Shown in pieces: positions 52,101 to 64,000 of a stretch of 64,000 nucleotides of DNA. Location: positions 62,609-126,608 of the forward strand of contig JAQGDQ010000619.1 in NCBI GenBank assembly GCA_030141605.1. Direction: 5' to 3'. Positions within the stretch are counted from its first letter, which is position 1. Each line of letters begins with the position of its first letter. The translations under genes were made by a program, and so were the position numbers. The stretch comes from Tubiluchus corallicola (lineage: Eukaryota > Animalia > Priapulida). The notes under the pieces were generated by a model that had not been told where the DNA came from, did no database searches, and was given only the letters and a program-made list of their open reading frames with translations.

Positions 52101-52771
52101 AAAAGCATCCAACATTCAGACATGATGGTAGTGCATAGAGTTTCCTGTACAGTGAATGTCAGTTCGACACTAACTGCCGGAAATAGACGTGAATTTATTC
52201 ACACTTGTGGCGATAAGTCCGAATACGTTTATAGCCGTACGTTAAACATGGTCTAATGGGGTTCGAGAAAATGTAACAATGAAACGTGGTCACAGCAGAA
52301 ACGTCACGATGGATTCACGGAACTTAAGAGACTCAACTTGGACATCTAACTGACAGCAAACAGGAGGGAAAGTCCACCTTCCCCAGAGACGAAGAAAAAA
52401 TGTAACTCACGCTAACTTTTCATGATCATCTGACCTGACCAACACCTTGGCTCCTTGTTTAAGTAGGGTTTTAACTATTTAACCCAGTTCTTGTGCTGCC
52501 ATCTATCACACAATAGATGAAGAAACTAGGAAATTGTCCATAAGTCAGTTTTTCTAGTTATTCAGATATCTTAAGTGTCCATTTCATTTTGATACCAAGT
52601 TCATCACTCTATGTTATTTCTAAGTTGAGATAATCCACATTGAAGTTGAGGTGCAGGCTACACACTGAAAACATAATCTTGAAAAAATCACTGTTAAAGT
52701 TTGTCATTGTTTTTTTGTTGCATTTCTACAAACGGTTAGCAGCCGTGCAAATATTGGTTACTGTGGACTTC

Positions 52772-52918
52772 GCAAGATCATGCAGGTTTATGATGTCACA
52801 AGATCATTGATTGGCAGGCTTATGATGTCACAAGATCATCGATTGGCAGGTTTATGATGTCACAAGATCATTGATTGGCAGGTTTACGGTGTCACAAGAT
52901 CATTGATTGGCAGGTTTA
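52772..52918. repeat. Minisatellite, 32-bp unit, ~4.5 copies
   Basis: Unit GCAGGTTTATGATGTCACAAGATCATTGATTG. Confidence 0.9.
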
Positions 52919-54779
52919 GTTCCAAGCTTTTTACACTCATCAAACTACAAATAGTTAATCTGAAAAACTGAAAATGATCAACTTGCATTAACTGACTAAC
53001 TGACTAACTAACTGACTTGGGTTCCTGTCTCTTTATGGCTTCATTTGCATCTGAATTTTATCAACTTTTCTCATTGATTTAGCTCAATCTGAGACGTACT
53101 GCCTTGCGTCGTAAAATATAATCTTCCTTTTTACAACTTTTTGCACGCGTTTGTGACATCTCTTATGACGAAATGGATCCTCTTCCTTCTAATCCTCAGA
53201 ATTAGCAAAAGCGTTACAGATTTCTCATACAAATGATTGAAAAGAAAATGTGGGTAGTTCTGGTAGGTGGTCAGTAGGCCTACAGTGGACCTACAGTGTA
53301 AAATTGTGTCCATCAAAGTTTGAGATGTTTCTAAAGTTCCAACAAACAAACTCCTGTGATGAACTGTGGTAGTTGAAATACTCGTGTTTCTTAGGGACTT
53401 GAGATTCAACTTACAATATACTTTTTGAGAAAAGACAACAATTGTTGTTGAAAATGTTGATGATAATTGTATTTTTATTATGTTGTTATTTACGGACTAG
53501 CTGCTAGCAGTTACTTCTAAATTTATATCTAAATAAATTGTCCTTCTTCGACTTGATATTTTGGTGATTTCATACTCTTGGGAAGCTGTGTTGATGAAGA
53601 ATACTTTTAAGATGACATTTTAACTGCTTACCAGACTTTTTTCTATACTAATGTCAAAGTTCATTGTTATTTGTGTTGATAATCTTTTGCGTTTTTACAT
53701 TATAATTGCACTCATTATCTAAACAGTTTATTTTTATAGTTTTTTTTGTAAATCTTATAAATTATGTTTGTAAGAAGTGTCATTTTTAATTAAGGTTGTT
53801 AATTACTAATTACGTACTTACTAATTATTTATGTACAAGCAATCAAGTGGTATATATATTAAGATTCATTTGTATACAGAAGTGATAAATGTGATGGTTT
53901 GTTTTACAATAATAAACTGGTTGATCGTTATTATAAATGCTGTTTTATGACTGTGTCACTGACGTCATTTAAACGCATAAACCTGTATAGAAATCTAGAA
54001 TACTTTTGTCTCATCACACTGACCCCTAGTGGCAAAAAAAGGCTCGTTTGTGGAACCAATTGTAAAAATGCACCCCTATTCCAGTTGCCTCGTCTTGTTG
54101 GTTTATTGCTTCTTACCAGCCACGATCAGGTTTCAGAACCCAGCCTTGAGGTTTGTATTTATGAGGCTGGCTAACAGAAACATGTGGGGCGGATCTAGTT
54201 CGGGGGTGTCTTGTTGTTCTCGGTACTGCGTTGAAAGACAGGCTAATACTTGCAAGGATACGCAAATATTTACAGTTGTTTGTGACTTTTGTGAATCGAA
54301 AGTCTAAATGAGAAGTTTTTCAGATTTAGAGGTGCTCTCTGCAGTTGAAAAAGCAAACCGACCATCCTTAAGCTAACTCTATTAATAAACCATCGGTGGA
54401 GTGTGTTCATTCTCTTACACATGAACAGTTGTTTCCTCGTTGCCTGATATTATAATTGTGAGTTCGTAGCAAGAAAAATTGGTTTTGTGTTTCGAAAAAA
54501 ATGAAGATGTGAAAATTTTCTCGGATGCATTTCTTGTCTAATGTAAGTGCGTTTATAAATATTTGTATGTATCTTGGATATTAAAACGATAGTAGAGTAA
54601 TTTATACTTACAATAAGATAGTAAAGGGCCATGCGAATTTGCATTTCTTAATTAATCCAATTACCTTTTGTATCCGATCTTCGATCATGATTTTTGCTGG
54701 TGTCTTAAAAAGTTTATAGACAGACTAGCACTTGGGGATGTTAATATGATTCTTATATAAAATATGAGAATACGTCAAG

Positions 54780-55832
<1,053 letters not shown>

Positions 55833-56149
55833 GGCGTATTTAGAAGAAACGTCAAAGAACATTTTTCTTCACCGAATCTGTTTCTCTTCAAACTTTTGAA
55901 AGTTTTCAGATGATGGTAATGTGTTTGCTAAATACTGTCGTGGTAGCTTTGATTTGCAGGGATTTTATTACTTACTACAATGTTCCTGGCATCATTCCAT
56001 CGGTTCTTTTAAACATTTAAGTAGGTTGATGAACAGTCTCAAACATTCTATTTTAATGATCATAACGATGATGATGACGATGACGATCAAGACTAAATAA
56101 ACACAATAACTGAGAGCTTCTCTTCAAGTCTTTCTTTGCTTTTTTATCT

Positions 56150-56957
56150 ATTGTTTATTGTATATTGTATTGTATTATGCTGCATTATATTATATTGTAT
56201 TGTATTGTATTGCATTTCATTGTATTTCATTTCATTTCATTGTATTTCATTTCATTTCATTTCATTGCATTGCATTTCATTGCATTGTATTGTATTGTAT
56301 TGTATTGTATTGTATTGTATTGTATTGTATTGTATTTCATTTCATGTCATTGTATTTCATTTCATTGCATTTCATTGCATTGTATTGTATTGCATTGCAT
56401 TGCATTGCATTGCATTGCATTGTATTTCATTTCATTTCATTGTATTTCATTTCATTGCATTGCATTGCATTGCATTGCATTGTATTGTATTGTATTGTAT
56501 TGTATTGTATTGCATTGCATTGCATTGCATTGCATTGACTGCATTGCGTTGCGTTGCATTGCATTAAATTGCACTGCACTGAACTGTACTGTGCTGTTTT
56601 GCACTGTACTGTACCGTACCGTATCGTATCGTATCGTATCGAGAGCGAGAGAGAGAAAGAGAGTGAGAGAGAGAGAAAGAGCGAGAGAGAGAGAGCAAGA
56701 GAGAGAGAGCGAAAAAGGGAGAGAGAGAGCAAGAGAGAGAGAGCGAAAAAGAGGGAGAGAGAGAGAGAACAAGAGAAAGACAGAAAGAGAGAGAGAGAGA
56801 GAGAAAGAGAAAGGGGGGAGAGAGAGCAAGAGAGCGAGAGAGAGAGAGAGAGGGAGAGAGAGAGCGAAAACGAGGGAGAGACAAAGAGAGAGAAAGAGAG
56901 CAAGAGAGAGAGAGAGACTGAGACAGCGAGAGAAAGAGAAAGCAAGAGAGAGAGAGA
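56150..56957. repeat. Pentanucleotide microsatellite (ATTGT/ATTGC/ATTTC) followed by a GA-rich tract
   Basis: Seen directly. Confidence 0.92.
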
Positions 56958-57449
56958 TGTGTTTAGTGAATACCTGCATAATTTATAAAAAAAACTTTTA
57001 GCATGCACTGGATATATATTTTCGCAAAGAATGTGATAGAGTAACTGTGTGAATGGTGGTAAGTTTTCAAATTTTTCATAGTATAATATATGTAAGGTTG
57101 GGAAGTTATTAAAAGTATAGACGCAGTGTACAATGACAGTCGCCCATTGTTTTCCAGACTCGCGCTTACATTTCCAAGACTACGCAAAGCAGCGTCATTC
57201 TGGTTTATACTGTACTTTCAGCGTGTAAACTTGAACGTGAAGCGAAGAGATCTGCAATTTTTATTATCATTATTTTAATTTATTTTATTTTATTGTTCAT
57301 ATATACTTGTGTGTGTGTTTGCACTGACTGCCGCTTGGGTGAGTGATATTCTAATTACTTGACACTTTATGAACTTGGTTTATTTTAAAGATTAAGAGAA
57401 TTGAACGCAGTTGTGGCTAGGCAGTATTATGAGTCATTTTTAAAAAGAG

Positions 57450-57468
57450 GCAGAGAGAGAAAGAGAGC

Positions 57469-57506
<38 letters not shown>

Positions 57507-57548
57507 CAGAAAGAGAGGGAGAGAGAGAGAGAGAGCAAGAGAGAGAGA

Positions 57549-57601
<53 letters not shown>

Positions 57602-57794
57602 TGAGAGAGAGAGAGAAAGGGAGAGAGAGGAAAGAGAGAGAAAGAGAGAGAGAGAGAAAGAGAGAGAGAGAGCAAGAGAGAGAGAGAGCAAGAGGGAGAC
57701 AGAGAGAAAGAGAGAGAGAGAGGGGCAGAGAGAGGGGAGAGAGAGAGAAAGTGATAGAGAGGGAGAGCGAGAAAGAGAGGGGAGAGAGAAAGAA

Positions 57795-57825
<31 letters not shown>

Positions 57826-57970
57826 AAAGAGAGCGAGAGAGAGAGGGACAGGAAAAGAGAGAGAAAGAGGGAGGGAGAGAGTGAGAGGAAGAGCAAGAGA
57901 GAGAAAGAGCAAGAGAGAGAAAGAGAGCGAGTGAGAGAGAGAGAGAAAGAGAGCAAGAGAGAGAGAGAGA

Positions 57971-58060
<90 letters not shown>

Positions 58061-58065
58061 AACAT

Positions 58066-58100
<35 letters not shown>

Positions 58101-58124
58101 CTACTGCTACTGCTACTGCTACTG

Positions 58125-58167
<43 letters not shown>

Positions 58168-58860
58168 AGCGACAACCATGGCAACATTGACGACAATAAC
58201 AACAAAAGTGGCAGCAGCAGCAGCAACAGCAACTACAAAAATGGCAACAACAACAACATCAACTTCATCATCAATGACAATGACAAGAACAACATCAGTT
58301 GCAACAAGGGCAACAACAGTACCACATGCTACAAGAAGAGCAGCAGTAGCAACAATGATGACAACTACAACAGAAACAACCATGATCACAGCATCAGCAA
58401 CAACAGCAGCAGCAGCAACCACAACAAGAACAACAAAGTAGCCACAGCAGCTGTAACAACAACAACAACAATGATAATTACAACAACAATAACCTAAACT
58501 GTAATTACAACAACTGTGGCAACAACAGCAATAGCAACAATGATAACAAAAGTGGCAGCAGCAGCACCATTAACAACATCAGTAGCAACGACAGCAAAAG
58601 CAAATGCAGCAACAACAACCACGGCAACAGTGTAAACTGCACCACAGTGTGGCGCCAATAATGATAATTTCAACAACAATAACCAAAACTACAATTGTAA
58701 CAACTGTGGCAACAACAGCATTAGCAACAAAAGCAACAATAACTACAGCAACAGCAAAATAAAACCCCAAACATGGCAACAACACCAGATAAAGGAAACA
58801 GCAACAAGAACAACAGCAGCAGCAACAACAACATGCATGATGATGATGATGATGATGACT
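57450..58860. repeat. GA-rich tract followed by compound trinucleotide repeats (GCT, ACT, CAA/CAG, GAT)
   Basis: Seen directly. Source of the poly-A/V/T/SL ORFs. Confidence 0.9.
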
Positions 58861-58950
58861 GTTCGTCAAAACAAAACAAATTACAAACATATAAATACAT
58901 CAATCCATCTATTTACCAACTAAATACCAGGAAAATTAATATACAGTTAG

Positions 58951-59021
<71 letters not shown>

Positions 59022-59690
59022 GAGTTTATTTCGTGTAAAATATACAGTTTACAAAGGTAAAGATGTTAGTAAAACAGGTAATGCGATGTTAGTAAAGTAA
59101 CATATCTACAGACATTCAACTTTATAATAACCACACATTGTAGTTCCCTTGTAATTATATTACATTATATAGTGTTGTAAGGAGCTATAATAGATATCTT
59201 AAAATATAATCTTTAAATGAGTTCTTAACCTTTAATTTTACATTTTCATTTAGATCTACAGTACAACCATATTTAAATCTTAAATTTACTCGACTGTTAT
59301 TTACATAGTAGCATAGCTTTGGAATTCTCAATGTGCAAGAGTTTACAATTTTTCTCACAAAGTTCAATCTTCGACTATCTATTAAATAATTCGCAGGCGT
59401 TGTGCCACAAAAATACATTAACAATTTGACGCTTTCATTTTGTCTAAAACTGAATATTTTTCTATAAGCAGTGTTCCATTTTACCCTAATGGCATTAACT
59501 TCATTGTTTGATGTACCCCCAATTTCGCATCCGTATAACAAAATGGGTAGACAATATGTATTGATCAGAGTTTTAGCTACTATGTCATTACGATTATGGC
59601 CCATACTTGAGAGAATATTATTCACGGAACCAATGAATTTCCTTTTTAACCTTGAAACATCAATAGAAAAACTATCATTATGTTGACGAT
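58951..59690 (-). mobile_element. LINE 3' fragment with (AAT)n tail
   Basis: RKFIGSVNNIL...LINTYCLPILLYGCEI...WNTAYRKIF is the post-RT region of a non-LTR ORF2. The tail is seen as (ATT)n at 58951-59021. Confidence 0.75.
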
Positions 59691-60540
59691 AGTGGCAGAA
59701 TCAATAAATACAGTGTAATTACGAACAGTTCTACCAACAAATTTTAATCAAAATTGTCATCATTAAATTTTGAAAAAGCGGTGACTTTGGGAGATTTTGG
59801 AAGGGTTTGTACGATCTCCTTTTATTAGGAAAGATCTGGTAAGTTCGAATACCAAATAATAAATAATCATAATATAATGCTATAAAAATATGGTCATCAA
59901 TTCCTCGTGAAATGAAAACTCTTAGTCTTTATAGTTTTTGTCGGTATCAACGGCTACAAAAATTAACCTTGGAAACGAAAAAATGATTGGGGTGTGGGGG
60001 GGTTTTTTCGTGTCCGTGGTCAAACGGCTGAAATTTCGTAAGAATGTCCAAAGCGTTGTTATAAAGCAGTCAAAAGATCGTTTATGAAAGTTTGGAAGCC
60101 ATTCCGTTCACCTCAAAGTTTGGCTTCAGTTGAATGTGATTAATAATTATTACTCGTAACACTGGCGTTCATTCTTATAATAGTTTTGAAAATTTCTTGC
60201 AGCAAAAGTTTAACAATTTAGTAAGCGTGTTACATTCACTGTAAGCTTGAAGTTTACATGAGGCGGAACATCTGTTTCTAATGAGATTTCAAGTTACATT
60301 CCTACTCGGTTAAAGATTACTTTAGAAAGACCACGGAGCTCTCATAACACTTGGTTTATTTCCGCCTGAGCCATTTTTATCTCGAGATGTTAAGATCCTG
60401 ACTCAGGTCGCATGATTCTATCAATGGGCCATTATATTACTTGAACGGCTCCAGCTATTTTATTGGCTAATATAACCTTTAGTCTAGCAGTTTTGAAGCT
60501 TTCTGTGATTAAGGACAGAGCTGGGAATATGTTAGTGTTG

Positions 60541-60965
60541 CCCTCTAGCAAAATGACTGATACCCTGGCGGAGGTTTTGTGTTTCTCACCCTCTAGGAAA
60601 ATGACTGATACCCTGACTGAGTTTTTGTGTTTCTCACCCTCTAGGAAAATGACGGATAACCTGACTGAGTTTTTGTGTTTCTTACCCTCTAGCAAAATGA
60701 CTGATACCCTGACTGAGTTTTGTGTTTCTTACCCTCTAGGAAAATGACGGATAACCTGACTGAGTTTTTGTGTTTCTCACCCTCTAGGAAAATGACGGAT
60801 AACCTGACTGAGTTTTTGTGTTTCTTACCCTCTAGGAAAATGACTGATGCCCTGACTGAGTTTTTGTGTTTCTTACCCTCTAGGAAAATGACTGATACCC
60901 TGACTGAGTTTTTGTGTTTCTTACCCTCTAGGAAAATGACTGATACCCTGACTGAGTTTTTGTGT
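60541..60965. repeat. Minisatellite, 48-bp unit, ~9 copies
   Basis: Unit CCCTCTAGGAAAATGACTGATACCCTGACTGAGTTTTTGTGTTTCT(C/T)A. Confidence 0.93.
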
Positions 60966-61077
60966 CTGAAAAGTCAGAAATGTCTTTTGTGCGTGTATAA
61001 GTAACTATGGTATAAACTTGTGATATTCTGTTTGCCAAATGTAAAGATTGTCAAGTAATCTACTTCTTATCGTATGC

Positions 61078-61590
61078 TTTAGTTTAAACATAATTTATTA
61101 TAGGATTGGATCAGACAGTTTGAACAACATGATTTAGGATCCTCACCACAACAATCTATACACAACATTTACAAAAACATTTACAGTAAGAATAAACTAT
61201 AACTACACAAGCTGACAAGTTTTACTACAAGAATACATTAGACATTAGTAGAAAATGACGGTTAGAAAATATTAATGTACGAATATTTAAGCCTGATGCA
61301 TTTCATATCAGATAGAAACTACTGGAAGCGTTTAGTACTTAACATAAAGTCATGTATACATTGGAATATTTTACAGTTAGCAACATAGTTAAATTCATCT
61401 TTTCCGAATAATAACAACTTCAACAGATCATTATTTCCTAAGGCAGCTATATTAATGTTTTCGGGCAGAAGTATTTCATTTAATTTATCATACATAACAA
61501 CCCTAGCTAGTTGATACAATGAGCAGTGCAACAAAAAGTGTTCAACAGACTCAAATCGAAATCCACAGTTACAATTGGGCTGTAACTTCA
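61078..61590 (-). mobile_element. CR1-like LINE 3' end
   Basis: CNCGFRFESVEHFLLHC (CCHC)...IHDFMLSTKRFQ*. Same 3' UTR and tail as 39555-40210. Confidence 0.82.
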
Positions 61591-61943
61591 AGCGCTGGAC
61601 CCTCTGGTTACACTAGATAAAGGTGCTTTGCTAAAAAATGCCACTTTATCTATGGCTCGTGTCTACATGTAATTGACTAACACATTGTCAGATGACAGTG
61701 AATTCCACGAAGTTCAAATGGCTCAAGATTTAAAAATGCTAATCAGTCAGGGTGCGACATACTGCCAGGATCGCAGATCATTAACTTTTGTCCATTTGCC
61801 TGGCCCTTTGTTTATAAGGAAACAAAATCATGTTTTTAACAAAGATGGCTACCAAGAATGTCCATTTCTGTTTGTTTTTTGCAGCATATTATCAAAGAAG
61901 ATGATCACGTGACGAAGCCTTATTCACCACCGTTCTGAATACC

Positions 61944-63114
61944 ATGGAACATGAAAAAATATTGCTGCTTTTACTTGTCTGTTCTGCCTATTTTCTGATG
62001 ACCAATGCCCGAGGAGTGACCATTAGAACCAAAAGCGGCCGAATTCGGGGATTCGTTCAGCACGTGCTCCAGAAAAACATCAGGACGTTTTACGGGATCC
62101 CCTACGCCAAGCCCCCATTGGGCAAGCTCAGATTCGCTAAGCCGGTCTCGATTTCTAGATGGAAAGGCAGAAAAGTGGCCAAGAAAAAACCCGCGTCCTG
62201 TTCTCAGGTAGATATTGGAAATGTGATTCGTTTCAATCTGACTTTCAAATGGAACGTTGATACCACCAGCGAGGACTGTCTGTATTTAAACGTCTGGGCC
62301 CCGGAATCTGGATCTGACTTGGCGACGATGGTGTGGATTCACGGCGGAGGTCTCTTTCTCGGAGGTTCTTCTCTGAACATCTACGACGCCAAATATTTGT
62401 CTTCATTCGCAAATATTATCGTGGTTTCAATAAACTATCGCCTGGGCCCGCTTGGCTTCATGTTTCTTAATCACAGCGCAGTTCCAGGCAACATGGGCTT
62501 GCTGGATCAGCACCTGGCACTGAGGTGGATCCATGGCAACATCCGAGCATTTCGAGGCAACCCGGACCGAATCACCATAGCCGGACAGAGCGCTGGAGGG
62601 TCCAGCGTGGCTTACCACCTTCTGTCTCCACTCAGCAGGGGTCTCTTTTCTAGGGCAATACTACAGAGTGGGGTGGCTTCGTCTCTTAATTATCACTTCT
62701 CTTTTGCTCCTGCGCAGCTGATGTATGAAACATCCACTGCCCTGGCTGACGCAGTGGGGTGTTCGAAGGAAACAATGGCAGCTACTATTGACTGCCTCCG
62801 CCAAGTGCCCCGAGACGATTTGACCCACAGAGTTTTTGGTGTGTCCCAAGGCAAAGGTGCAATACCCGTAGCAGTGAGTGCAACCGTAGATGGGGAGTTT
62901 CTCACTAGCTCCCCCGACCGGGCAGCGATTGAGAGTGACCTGTCTGTTCCCATCCTCCTGGGTATCACCAAAGATGAAGGTTCCCTATTTCCAATTTTCG
63001 CTCTTCCAGAATTATTTCCTGAACTTGACACGTACAACTGTTCCACAGCTCAGTACGAAGATGCCATTGACACGTTTTTCTCGTGGAAGCACAAAGTTGT
63101 TAAAAAGATAATAG
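61944..63114 (+). CDS. Cholinesterase-like type-B carboxylesterase, first coding exon (gene continues beyond the window)
   Basis: Signal peptide, then FYGIPYAKPP, SEDCLYLNVW, WIHGGG (oxyanion hole), NYRLG, GNMGLLDQ, GQSAG (nucleophile Ser) and GITKDEG (catalytic Glu). Probable donor ATAG|gtaatc at 63114/63115. The catalytic His exon is not in the window. Confidence 0.9.
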
Positions 63115-63449
63115 GTAATCATATTATAATAAATAAAGTAACACTATGAGTCAATTTCTGCTGGCAAGCCTTCACAGGTAAAGCTTTTACTGAATCCAGG
63201 TAAAAAGTCACGGGGTGGGGGGGGGAGTCACAGGGAGCAAGTTACAGGACCATAACTTTAATTCTAGCCCCAAACTCCAACCCTACGCTAAAATATCGAA
63301 CAAAACGTGATTTTTTTCACGTACATGTAATGTTATCAAACATGAACAGTATCGTCAATATGTATAAGTCTTTTATTGGCAGTTATAATTGATTTAAAAT
63401 ATTTTCTGTTTTATTGTCTGTTCTCTATTTTCTACTTTTTTGTTCTCCC

Positions 63450-63990
<541 letters not shown>

Positions 63991-64000
63991 GTTCATACAT

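Overview
This is AT-rich, repeat-dense eukaryotic (animal) genomic DNA, not prokaryotic. The 5S rRNA-type sequence and the retroelement types suggest an invertebrate, probably a lophotrochozoan. Four protein-coding genes are supported. (1) The last four exons of a + strand ABCA-subfamily (ABCA5-like) transporter: 40328-40539, 49408-49497, 50342-50481 and 51172-51278, with consistent splice phases. (2) An uninterrupted 537-aa GT92/DUF23 glycosyltransferase ORF (43900-45513) nested on the same strand inside an 8.9-kb ABCA intron. (3) A - strand B4GAT1-like (GT49) glycosyltransferase with exons 19554-17812 and 5688-5562, continuing left of the window; it appears to lie antisense within a very large upstream ABCA intron. 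(4) The first coding exon of a cholinesterase-like carboxylesterase (61944-63114). The rest is truncated LINEs (RTE, Proto2-like, CR1, L2/Crack-like), tRNA- and 5S-derived SINEs, MITEs (Kolobok-, piggyBac- and hAT-like), many microsatellites, about a dozen minisatellites (several with higher-order structure) and a ~2.15-kb foldback with ~0.8-kb arms. Most short ORFs in the track are translations of simple repeats. I found no CRISPR array or other clearly new system. The most notable features are the nested glycosyltransferase/ABCA architecture, a 5S-headed SINE with a bipartite RTE body, and the long inverted repeat.
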